From: Adineta vaga
Taxonomy: Eukaryota; Animalia; Rotifera
Assembly (NCBI GenBank): GCA_021613535.1
Contig: CP075494.1
Location: forward strand, 5,828,001 to 5,892,000
Length of the DNA: 64,000 nt
Reading direction: 5' to 3'
Below the pieces are notes generated by a model that saw only the letters and a program-made list of their open reading frames with translations, was not told where the DNA came from and did no database searches. This document shows positions 52,204 to 64,000 of this stretch, piece by piece (position 1 is the first letter of the stretch; each line of letters opens with the position of its first letter). Both the position numbers and the translations under genes were made by a program.

Positions 52204-54577
52204 TTAAACATCAGCTATCGATGATGATGTAGTATGTTCGAGTTGTAATTGCTGTTGTTTCAATCTTCGTTTGTTAATTGTTGGTACGAATAAGAGAAAA
52301 AGACGTTCTTTAAAAGATTTCTTTGGATCAGAATTTCGTATAAATTCATAAATGATAAAAATTGGTATTGGTAAAATGAAAGCTGTATTCATACACCAAC
52401 CACAAATAATGGACCATGATGGATAAACATAAGTTCCATATTCGAATCTATCTGAATATGTAAATGAAAGGACCATTAAAGATAAGACAATCACGGGACA
52501 TAAAATTTTCCATGCAAAACGAAAGAAATAATTAGGTGCAAAACCAATATTGTTTTTCATGTCAATAACTAGATTATCAATACCATAAACCTTTACGAAA
52601 GAAAACATTCGATCAAATCAATTCTAATTGAATAGAATTCTTCTTACCCAACTCGCAGCAACAGCTTCCATCATGACGACAAACATTAATGCTGGTCCTG
52701 TAGAAAATCTATCCAAAAATTGTACAACAAAATTTCCACCTAATGAAGAAAAAAGAGATCAGCATAATTCTGTTAGCTCTATAGATACCTATTTACCGTA
52801 TGTAACTGTTGGTAAACATGCAAGAACTAATAAACAACACATAATGAACATTCCCGATTTTCGACGACGTTGTAATAAAGGAAATTCATCACTTAATGCT
52901 GAATACATTGCTTCTAAACCACCAAAATCACTATCAAGTCCTAAATTGATAACCATGAGAAAAAATATGATTGAAAAGAATGTTGGATATTTAAATGTTG
53001 CTAAAATTTCTGGATAAGCAATAAACGATATACTGGCTCCTTCACCAACTACGGTTGTAATACTTTTATCTAGACGATAGGACATATGACCTAATCCTGA
53101 AAAAACTACGAAACCAGCAAGAAAACTTGCTGCAAAATTTGCGATTACTGAAATTAAGGCATCGTAATAACAATTGTTTGTTGCAACATTATATGAACCA
53201 TAAGTTGTTAAAACAGATAAACCAGGACCAAGTGTAAAGAAAATTTGATTTGCTGCTGAGTACCAAACTTTCATATCTTTCAATTTTTTAAATGTTGGTT
53301 TTAAAAAATAAGCTATTCCATAACTGGAACCTTTCAAATTAACACCTTGAATGAGTAATATGATTAGAACTACATAGGGTAAAGTAGCCGTTACATAAAC
53401 AGCTTTGCCTAAATGTAATCATAGAAAAAAAAAACATTTGAACAATCTTTTAATTTTCTCTAAAATTACCTGTGCTTTTTACTCCACGATAAATACACAT
53501 ATACATTACGATAAATATTGCAATAAGACATAGAAATAGATCTATTTTGACATAACCTAAATCCGTTAAACCTTGGGAACGATCGATACCTAACATGTAT
53601 ATATTATAATATTCTTCAGCGGATGAAACTTTTCTATCATCAATAGATGTTTCATTAGAAACAGAAATTTCTTGATGAAGTGTTTGGTTAGGATGCATAC
53701 GTTCAGAACAAAATGGTGTATTCCATGTATGAGAACATAAACTCCAAGGCATAACTTTTTGAAATGATGAAAATAGATAGAATACAGCATGTGCTATAAC
53801 AAAAATAAATTAATTTGAATTTTACGGAGAAAAAAAGAGATGTATGTATACCGATGATTGTCGTGTAGAATAATGTAACAGCAGTGACAATTAAAAATGA
53901 TGCTATACCAATACCTTTCATTGATGGAGTTATTCTATGCCATAATGCTATATTACCACAACGATAGAATTGACCCAAAAATAACTCGAGATATCTATTA
54001 AAAGATAATAGAATACAGAATAATCTTGTTGATAGATTTGATCAAATAATAATTCTGTCAAACTTACAACATTGGAATTCCAACTAAAAATAAGAATATC
54101 ATATATGGAACAAGAAATGCTCCACCGCCATTTTCATAACACATGTATGGAAATCGCCAAACATTACCTATTAAATAAATATTGATTCATGATCTAACAA
54201 GAACAATATCGTTACCTAAATCGACAACATAACCAATAACTGAAAGAAGAAATTCCACTTTACTAGTCCACAATTCTCGTGGAGCTATTGATGGCGCTGC
54301 TAATGCTAATGTTGCTGTTGTTGAAATCACTACCTGTTCAGTAAAATCTGTTGTTCGATTCATATTATCTTTAATAATTGTTAATTTTCTTGCTTCAAAA
54401 CGTTCAGCTACAACTTCATTCATTTCTATAGAAAAGATTCACAGTAGAATATTCAATTGCTATTACTTGAGTAATATTTGAGAAAAGTATGGGTTCGTAT
54501 TTCACCGAATCGTACATACTTTCATCTATTTTAAGATCAATCCAAGCGTCGTCGTTTGATATTGTCATTGCCTTCAT
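52204..54577 (-). CDS. SLC6 monoamine transporter, serotonin-transporter-like, multi-exon
   Basis: [34 protein letters not shown] (TM1 Asp of monoamine transporters, Tyr of SERT), [18 protein letters not shown]. Confidence 0.88.
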
Positions 54578-56180
54578 TCAATTATTTTCCTAAAATGTTC
54601 GTCTAATTCTCAACTTGTAGATGCCAAAAATGAACGATTTCCGCGTGTTTCTTAATCATTATCTTTTTCTTTTTGATTGATTTTATTGTCTCAAGAGAAT
54701 ATGTGATTAAAATCGGTTTATGGTATAAATCTTAATAAAGAGAACAACGACAACAGCATGAACAAAAAACAAAAGAGGCTTCGCTCATCAACTCATCGTC
54801 TATTATTCAAGTGTAAGGTGACATCGATGATGTTCAATAAACATGCAATGGTTTCCGTGCATAAATAGTTCTTTTTTTCAATATTTTTAATCTGTTCACG
54901 TCCATAAAACTTATCCAGGTTATCTCTTTTGTTTATTATCGATAAATGACAGACAATGGTTTTTTTAAACAATATCAGGACGTCGTTGGGGATTGATATA
55001 GATAGCAAGATTAGATGTTGTGGCTTGACATGGATCATAAAAGAATGACAGAGATAATGATTGAGAAATTAAACTATTAGAACAGAAAGAAATAGACTTT
55101 GGTATAAAGAATTTTCAAGACATAAGTGAAGGAAAAAAAATCAATACAATATAAAAAGCACGTTCGTTCAATAGTTCTTTTTTATACGTAAATCGAACGA
55201 ACATTATTTTATACAATTCTAATGCATACACTTCAATGTTCATTGTACTCGAAAATTACATGTCTGATATTGAAAGAGTTATGAATAGTTTTGAAGAAAA
55301 AAAGAAATTTTTATTTCTACATGATTTCATATTTATGACACATTGAAAGAATCATTATATTTCATTCCATTTTCATCTTTTGTAAAAGAACAATGATCAA
55401 TGACATTGTTACACTCTCTATACAATCTATATTACCTTCAAGATTCGACTAACAGTCTGCTTAATAGAATTATAATTTTCGCTTTTCTTTTACCAATGGA
55501 TCAAATTATGATAAAACTCATGTGAAACATTGTTTCTGTTGTTTTTTTTTATTGTAGGAGATTAAACGATATTCTTCTCTATTTTCTTTCATTTATTTCA
55601 AATATATAGTAGAAGAAAAATGTGAAGAGTAAAAGGATCTTGTATTTCAAGGCCGAATTCCACATCTGTTACTCACATATCTACATTGTTTCAACAACAG
55701 AACACAAGAAAAATGAAGCCACCAAATGGATATCTCAAATGTTGTTCGTACTATTTCTTATCATTATCATGAAAATTATCTTCGTCAGTAGTTTTTCATT
55801 CGTTTTTTCTTCTTTCTATGAGATAGTTCTATTCAAAATTTGAGAAAATATGAATTAGTTTTGTTCAATTAACCACCCGTCAACACATTTGTAAATTATA
55901 TTTAAAGAAGAATTATATTTCTCACATTCATCATACTCACTTTTCTCTTTTCTCTTCTCTCTCTCTCTCTCTGTCCTTTTCTTCTTCTCTGTCCGTTCTT
56001 CTGCAAACATCGACACCGATGCATACATTTTAATTCTATTCCAAGCAAATGTACATGTTTCTTTCTCTCGACCTCGTTCCTTCATTCTCATTTGTGATAT
56101 GTGCGTGATGATGATGATGATGATGAAAACTTCATCCATATACTTGTTACCTTTCATTTCAGATAGTTCTCAGTTCAAGT

Positions 56181-56571
56181 ATGGATGACACAAATGACAC
56201 AAGTTTTGTTGTTGATGAAGTATCAAATATCACCAAAGAAGCTATTGAAGCAACAATGGGTACTCAATCATATCAACAAGCAAAAATTAATACATGGACA
56301 TCGAATATCGTTGAAGCAATCTTAAATTCATTAACAAAATTAAATAAACCTTTTAAATATATTGTTTCATGCGTGATCATGCAAAAGAATGGTGCAGGTT
56401 TACATACGGCAAGTTCATGTTTTTGGGATAATACAACCGATGGATCATGTACTGTTCGGTATGAATGAAATTTATTTTGAAAAAAAACATATCGAATGAG
56501 TTTTGTTCTATTTTAGTTGGGAAAATAAAACAATGTATGCAATTGTATCCGTTTTTGGTCTCTCGATCTGA
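56181..56571 (+). CDS. DYNLT1: Dynein light chain Tctex-type (intron 56459-56516)
   Basis: [55 protein letters not shown]. Confidence 0.93.
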
Positions 56572-56839
56572 CGTGTATGATTTCCTTTTTAAATGAACAA
56601 ATAAATTGAATAATATCTTCTTGTAATTGATTTTTATTTTGTAAAGAAAAGAAATGAAAAAAATAGATTAATACAGAGTAGAAGAAAAGAAATTGAACTA
56701 GGATCAATCGATTGAATTTGTTTTAAAGAAAGTTATCTGCACAGAAGAAAAAAAAGAATTTTCGATTTCTTCAGAGAGACTATCTGTATATCTTTTATAA
56801 TTACATGCAAGAAGAAATGATATGACTGAAATGAAACAA

Positions 56840-59800
56840 TTAAGATGCTGTACATTTGGTAGAATTCGACCGTTTCGCATGCGTAACAGGTTTTGTAATT
56901 TCATTTTTAATACTATGAGAAACTTCATTGAGAGGAGGCGATTGAAGATTGATAATAAGATTTGTATCTGAATGAGACTGGGATATATAGCATGGAGATG
57001 TAGGCGTAGATGTTATTGGCTGTTCGAATATATCACAAAGACTATTTGTATTACGAGGTTCATCGATTAAACTCTTTCGTTCATGATCATATTCGTCATC
57101 CAATGTCTAATGAAAGATACATTTCAAAAGTTAGCTAATGATGATAATTCATGGATTTACTTACATTTTCCTGTGCATCATCAAACATTCTATTAATATG
57201 CATACTTGAATTAAACCCACCGTCTGTTAAATTACTTGAATAACTACCCGAAGCATGAAAATTACCATTAAAAGATCCATTTCCATTAACTGGATCATAA
57301 CTCGGTATACTCAATAGAAGTGGATTACAAGTAACAGCTGCTGATAATGTTCCCTGTTGTTCATGTGGTAGATGACCATTGGTATGATTAGTTTGTTGCT
57401 GATTGATATCCATAGTATTCGCAGTATCAACTGCTGATAAGGAATGTATAACTTCGAAAACAGATGAAGATGTTTGTGTATCACGATGTCCGATGCCATT
57501 GGGAGTATGTGCTAAATCTTTTCCATTTTGAAAAATACGTTGAAAATTTGTTAAATTTGTTTTATCAATTGGAACATTTGTAACTGATGACTAGAAAGAA
57601 TAAGAGAAAATAAACTTTTATTTTATAGAAATAAATCAAAATAAATCTTACAATTTCATCAAGTGCATGTATTAGCAATTGTTCGGGATGCATTCGTCTA
57701 AAATGTGTATCATTACCACGTTGTTTTTGTGTCGCACGAACAGCCGCTAACCAAACAAGTCGATGAATTTGTAAAACATGTAATTCACTATTTACAATTA
57801 AATTATAATCTGGTATAAAGACTGATGAAATTTCATCGAGTAAACTGGTTATTTTCGTATTTTTTGCATTCATTGTAAATAATCGATCGAGAAATTGATG
57901 CACATCTTTAACCGTTTTATTTTCGGCTAGTAATGCTGATCCAGCAAAGCAACTAAATGGACCAACAGTAGACATAATATGTTCAAAACCTGATTCTAAT
58001 GTTGCATTGCCTTGCATAACTAATGTAAATAATTCATAACGAAAGCCTTTCTTATATATATAAATTGCATTCGTTGATTGATTGGCTTGATGTTTTATCA
58101 TTGCATAAATATTATAATTAAGAAGAATTTTCAAAATTTCTTGAGAAACAAAACCGGATGTAAATTGTTGTACATCTACATAAAGATAAATGAAGAGTAA
58201 GGTATTTTCATGTTTTGAAATAAAGAATTATTGAGCAAGGCATATGTAACTTACGATTAGATGATTTTATGTCATGCTTGGAGAATTAGTATGAATAGGA
58301 AAATGTTAGAACATGCAATTATATGAAGAAATATGATATACTTACTTGTACTTAGATATTGAAAGACAGCAACCTTTAATTGCGGACTTACTGATGGACC
58401 TGAAACAGTTATAAAAGCATATAACAAACGATGTAGACATGTTTATACAAGCCTTTGACAGGTCGTTTGACTAATGCTGTGTAATCCATTGTTTTTGCTC
58501 GTTTACGTTGAATTTTACGACGATTATCCGCTATAAATATACAAAAAAAAACGATTATTTTCTTTCTTTTACTCTTCTTTTATCGTTACTGAAGAAGTCA
58601 GCTTCTTCAATGATTTCTCGTTGAAGCATTTCTTCAATAACATCTTCAAGAGTTATAACACCAACAGTGATAAATACTGGGTCAACATTGTCTTCTTCAT
58701 TACGTAATTGTTGTACCAAAGCAATATGCCAGCGTGCTAAATTAAATCCAATTAAACGAAAAATTATTCTTGATCTCCTTTTTTGTTCCTTACATTTAAG
58801 AAATTCTTGCATGAGATTGTATAATGAATCTGTTGTCTTGGTAAAACCAAATGGATCTATTTGATCATTCAAATAATGAAACAAATTACTCGTATGAACA
58901 ATGTAAATTACATACGAGTATGAAATTCCAGTAGATGTTTAACTGTTAAATGGTATTGTTCAGGAGTAATCAAAGCAAAATCACGCAATTTTACAATGCC
59001 AATAACATTTGATCTAAACAAAGGTTTATCGAGATATAAAATTGTTTATTTACAGTGATATTCTATACTTCTCAAGTGAATAAACCGGAATACGTGAAAA
59101 ACCATGTTTATGAACTTCAAGTAATAATTCTGTATCAGTTTTACGATCTTTATCGAGCATAAATACATCGGGTAACCATGTCATTGCTTCTTGGACAGTT
59201 TTCTTACGTAATGAAAGTACACCTATACCATACAAATTGATCAAGATAGATTTTTTCCTGTCAAATGTATTCAGATGCTTTTACTCATACCTGTAATAAC
59301 GTCAAGTTCAGGTTTTTCAATATCGGCACTAATCCGTGTTAACATTCCAGCAATTTGATCACGTGTATACGATGCTGTTACTTCTTGACCCAATATTTTA
59401 TTAAGAATAAAACCTAATGGATATGAAATAACGCCTGTCACAATCATTGATATCCATGTTATAACGTGTGTATGTGCACCAATTATTAAACCATAACGAG
59501 AACAAATTGCTTGAGGAATAATTTCACCCATTAATACAATCATTATTGTGGAAACAATAACAGCAAATAAACCATGAACAAGAGAATCAAGTAAAACAGT
59601 ACCTAAGGAATTAACCAAAACATTTGCAATAACAATCGAACATAATAAGAAATTGCCACGTTTTCTTAACGGTAAAACACGGTGAGCATAATAACGAAGT
59701 GCACTATCTTCTGATTCAGCAATTAAACGTAAATCATTCACACTCATCGACATTAAACCTAAATTCAAACCACTAAAATTCAAAATATTTCATCGATAAA

Positions 59801-60391
59801 TTCGTTGTATTGAAATTAGGTGTTTTTGTTTGCGTACCTATAAAATCCCGAAATAATGAATAGCATAAGAATTAAACATATTTTAGCTGCAAAAGGTAAT
59901 CGACCTTTTTCTCTAAAAAATATAAAATAAGTTCCATCTAATTTTGTTGCATTTTGTGATGTTGTATTATTCGTTAGAGATATTGATGTATTCAATGATG
60001 TTAATAAACAAACATAAACAGTTGAATGTGATTTTGGTATACTTGGTAATTGGACATCAATAGTTGTAATTTGTGTTGAGGATAATGGATATGGTTTTGT
60101 TAAATAATTATTTGATAAACACTCATCATGTGATGAAAATACAATTGAACTATTGTGAAGATTTATTCCACTTAAATATATACGAAATTTCTTTTCTTCA
60201 TTAAGTATCCAACCAACTGTAGGATCAAATGTAATCACCGTTTCTAAATTCGATGAAAATACAAGAAAATTAAGTATCAATGGATCATGATAGGAAGTAG
60301 TTATTGCTGATAAAGCTGTTGTTGATGATGTTGAACATGGTTTAAAAAAATTTAAAATAATAAAGAGATATGTAAGAAAAATATATAACAT
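56840..60391 (-). CDS. CNNM/unextended metal transporter (signal peptide, DUF21 TM, CBS pair, CNBH domain), multi-exon
   Basis: SGLNLGLMSM, GNFLLCSIVIANVLVN, GEIIPQAICSRYGL, GFSRIPVY, GVITLEDVIEEMLQREIIEE, GPFSCF. Confidence 0.9.
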
Positions 60392-60789
60392 CTGAAACAA
60401 TGAAACTCGTTTTTATTCAACCATTGTCTACAGTACAATTTAGATGAATACAAGTATCATGTCATATAAGCATTCAATATAGAAGAAATACAATAATATG
60501 TGGATCGAATGATCTATTTTCATAAAAGTCGTAGAGGGCGCTTATCTTTTTTTTTCATAATCAAATGGGAAAAATAAATATAAAAAGTGAAATGAATATC
60601 GATTGGATCTTACAGTCAAACAAAAGCATTGAAAACATAACGATATGTATCAAAAGTACAGAAATGAACGTAATAACTTCATGGTTCGATTCTATTAATC
60701 AACTAAAAATGATGTATTTATCCATTCATTTTATTGTTAATTTTGAATAGAAAACGACGAAAGAACATATACTTTGTCGTATATCTATG

Positions 60790-61743
60790 TCAAAATGTTG
60801 CACATAAAATTCGTGTGAGAAAAGCAAGAGTACATAAAATAACATTCAAAGAAAACGAAGATTTCATTGTTTTCGATGAATTAGAAAGAAATTGAAGTAC
60901 AGCATTGCCAATGAATTCATGCATTCGTGCTGAAAAATGATATTGATCAATATAAACATATGAATCTGGATTTGAACATAATATATTAACATTACCATAG
61001 ATTATTTTCCAACAACTACTTTTCGTTTTCAATATATCTGTTGAATTATTTGTTGTTAGATTTAAAATCAAAGAATAAACATCAAATAAATATAATGAAA
61101 TTTCTTGACGATTATAATCAAGTTTTTTGATACTTGAAGAAAGATTATTATTATGATAGATTGTACGTTGTTTGAAATAATCAGCTTGTGCTTGACTTTC
61201 TATAAATGGCATTGTTTGTGTAGGTGATTGATTGACAATAAGGAGATGTTTTACACCTATATTAATCAAATCTTTAACTCCGTTCAAGATACTAGTTGTC
61301 ACATTGAGTGGAGTGATCATTCTATTAAAATAATAATCATTTCCACCAGCCCAAATAACATAAAGAGTTCGTGCAAAATTAATTCGATCTCGATTTGTTT
61401 CATTTAAATAGATTTGAATCTGTTGACGAACACCTGGAACACGTTTCGTATCGGATGCTGTATAACCTTGAGTTAAATTGTCGTCTGTTGTTGCACCACC
61501 ATGTGCATAATTTTTCAAATCTGATATACCTAATTTTTCAATCCAGACAGGACCATTCGAAAATCGACCTTCATAGTAAGGTGGAACGATAGGCCATGCT
61601 CGATATGTTAGATTATAAACTTTACCAGTATCTGTATTTGAATCACCAAAACTAACAATAGTATCGAATGGAATTCGTTGAGTATTCGTTTGATCAACAT
61701 AAAAGAATAAGATTAGAAAACAATAGCAAATATACAAGAACAT
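60790..61743 (-). CDS. Secreted SGNH/GDSL hydrolase (thermolabile-hemolysin/CE16-like), intronless
   Basis: FGDSNTD, GRFSNGPVW, NYAHGGAT, WAGGNDY, DQYH. Signal peptide and hydrophobic C-terminal tail. Confidence 0.88.
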   Translation of the reverse strand: MFLYICYCFLILFFYVDQTNTQRIPFDTIVSFGDSNTDTGKVYNLTYRAWPIVPPYYEGRFSNGPVWIEKLGISDLKNYAHGGATTDDNLTQGYTASDTKRVPGVRQQIQIYLNETNRDRINFARTLYVIWAGGNDYYFNRMITPLNVTTSILNGVKDLINIGVKHLLIVNQSPTQTMPFIESQAQADYFKQRTIYHNNNLSSSIKKLDYNRQEISLYLFDVYSLILNLTTNNSTDILKTKSSCWKIIYGNVNILCSNPDSYVYIDQYHFSARMHEFIGNAVLQFLSNSSKTMKSSFSLNVILCTLAFLTRILCATF

Positions 61744-62370
61744 TTCATCTGTGTTCTAAATATGTCAATTTATTTATGTCGATTACGTTATCTATATGAT
61801 GAAGAAAAGATAATGCTGACATATGAAGAATACGTGTTAGAGACGAGTAAGATTATGTGGATTATTGTAGAGCAGGTCATAGTCCATTAGCAATAAAAGC
61901 AACATATAACTGTGCTATTGATAAGAATTACAAACCATTTGTTGTCTGTCATAGAACGTCCTTTATCTCACCGATTGACTTAGCAATTGATAAGAGTAGA
62001 AAATTTCTCTTCCACTCAACAATATATTCTAACGTTTGTCATTGATTTCTTTAGTGAAACTATATTGTTTGTGAACTAGAAATGAACAAATCTTTTTACA
62101 GATGTAAAAGACATTTCAATGACACAATATTTTAGAAATAATTGGCAACAATTAGTCATGTAACAACAGCTTTTCATCTCTTTCTATAATTTACTTTCTC
62201 TCTATTGTATGAAAGATACATCGAACAGTTTAGACTGAATATACATTTAAACAATTTTTTTTTTCATAAAGAAATGTTTGAATGATGTGTTTTAGTCTTC
62301 CTTTATTTGAGTATTACTGTTATCTACCAAAGCATATAACATCACACATAAACACACCGTTACAATTCGA

Positions 62371-63159
62371 TCAAAATCTTTTCATGCACACAGGCATCAA
62401 AGGACATGGTGGTCGTCCTGGAAAATGTGCGCATGGAGCTGGAAGTGGTCGACATGCTTCACCTGGAGGACACACTTTTCCTTCGCAAGGATCACGATTA
62501 CATTGACAAACACGACAACCACCATCAATAGCCAAACCATATGAACATTGTAAAGTGCAATTTGAAATATCTTCACATGGTTGAACACAATAACTTACAG
62601 GTGTATCTAAGAAATTGAAATTATTTGTTGGAGCTTGACAACATTTTTCTTCTCCAGGACATAATCGATCTGGACCTTGACATTGTCGTAGACCACTTCC
62701 CATCGTTGGCCAATACTCAGGACAATTTTTTGGTTTTGGAGTTGGATCAACATGAATAGATGGATCATAGATACAACCAGTGGTTTTACCACATCTGCCT
62801 GGAATAGCACATGGTTCATAATCTTTTACAATACATTTAGTTCCTAAAGGACATGTATCTGATAAACATGGATCTGGTGCACATTCACATGTTGTACATG
62901 GTGATGGATCGACTTTTAAACCGAATGGACATTGAATAGTACATGGTTGAGTAAATTCCGGACAAGAACTGAAACAATTCATACCATTAGTCAATGGACA
63001 ACATTTATAATCATCTGGACAAGGACTATCATCTCCTTCAGATGTACATGGAAGTCCACTAAAAGCATACTGAGCAGATGGACATCGACCATTTCGTGTT
63101 ATTCCAAAGGTGACTGTATTTATTGATAAAACAGTTAGAAGTAGTAAAAGTAATTTCAT
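62371..63159 (-). CDS. Secreted cysteine-rich WAP + antistasin-domain protein (putative protease inhibitor)
   Basis: Signal peptide. Two repeats of WAP-like (CP..C..D..CP...KCC..C..C), antistasin-like (CTIQCPFGL..CTTCEC; CTLQCSYGL..CRVCQC) and DPC..CP.G..C modules. Confidence 0.8.
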   Translation of the reverse strand: MKLLLLLLTVLSINTVTFGITRNGRCPSAQYAFSGLPCTSEGDDSPCPDDYKCCPLTNGMNCFSSCPEFTQPCTIQCPFGLKVDPSPCTTCECAPDPCLSDTCPLGTKCIVKDYEPCAIPGRCGKTTGCIYDPSIHVDPTPKPKNCPEYWPTMGSGLRQCQGPDRLCPGEEKCCQAPTNNFNFLDTPVSYCVQPCEDISNCTLQCSYGLAIDGGCRVCQCNRDPCEGKVCPPGEACRPLPAPCAHFPGRPPCPLMPVCMKRF

Positions 63160-64000
63160 TCTTGCGTCTTACTTTAGCGATTAGAAAATATAGTATTAAA
63201 AGCTTTGAAAACAGATCGTTTAAATATTTCTAATGTAAATCTGCAAAGCAATGAGAAGAACGAAGAAAATATTTGCATTTTGTTTATCGGAATGAAGTAG
63301 TATGGTGGGGTGGGTGAGGTCGTATCAGATTTAACGACCGATAAAAATAATCTATTAAAGTCACATTAAAAATCATACAATATTATTCTTTCGACTTTTA
63401 ATCATTTCTATTGGTATTTGACTTATTTTTTATTGTGATATGCTGTTATATAAAGGCATCATTTCATTGATATTGACTTTTATTCTGAAATTTCTGAATT
63501 TTGAATAAATTGATTGAAAATTCGATATGATAAAATGAAGTCAACAAATCTAGCTCATTTTTTTCATTATTATGTTTGAATGTAATTATCTTTTATTAAC
63601 ATTATCATATTCCGACTAATATACGACGTTCTTTGCTAATCAAATGTAAATTTGAAAGTTCTACTGTCGTTGATAAGTTGAAAAAATTCAAGGTTTTATT
63701 GATAGCAATATTACGTTGTTAGATATTTGACACAATCGAAATACTTTTCTATATTGTTGATAAGTTTTTGCGTTTATCCTAGAATCATCATTTTAACTAA
63801 AAACGAAAATCCTTCAGGTGGTATTATTCTCATTCCATGTGATTTCTGTGTTGTAAGGGGTGTATGCGTGTGTTTGTTCTCATCACAGAGTTAGTTGAGA
63901 AAGTCAAGAGTGATGCACAATATAGGATTGAGTTATACTCTTTTACTGCTGGTTATTGCTTTCCCTATAGTTCATGGTAGCTTCGATAGAGGTGTAAATG

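Noticed and set aside
58255-58276. Possible CNNM micro-exon ending in GTAAGT
   Set aside because: 22 nt, not frame-preserving, and it introduces a stop.

Overview
AT-rich, gene-dense eukaryotic DNA with many ~47-60 nt GT-AG introns. The intron size, metazoan core genes and scattered foreign-looking enzyme genes point to a bdelloid rotifer (Adineta/Rotaria-like); this is inference, not a database result. About 27 protein-coding genes can be assembled by hand. In order: a head-to-head pair of paralogous P-loop GTPases, an NCS-type EF-hand protein, KCMF1, bifunctional PAM, EMG1, an orphan gene, a 3-exon glutaredoxin-fold gene lacking CxxC (absent from the ORF track), LRRC71, a zinc-type macrodomain, an FkbM methyltransferase, coronin, COG6, CNEP1R1, EDF1, FTSJ3, an Rh transporter, a 3-Ig adhesion protein, an amidated tachykinin-like neuropeptide precursor, two tandem crotonase paralogs, a GPCR, a SERT-like SLC6, DYNLT, CNNM, a GDSL hydrolase and a WAP/antistasin protein. 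Most interesting: (1) three operon-like same-strand clusters with apparently unpaired splice acceptors just before the downstream ATG, two with AATAAA exactly 25 nt upstream of the AG; (2) the GTPase pair with a GBP/atlastin-type P-loop arginine and a ubiquitin-like domain on one partner; (3) the cysteine-less pseudo-glutaredoxin; (4) a standalone Zn-macrodomain; (5) a SERT-like transporter with a remodelled pocket; (6) a crotonase paralog without its catalytic Glu and a gene-conversion-like tract. No rRNA, tRNA or CRISPR array was recognised. Exon boundaries were read by eye and may be off by a few bases.
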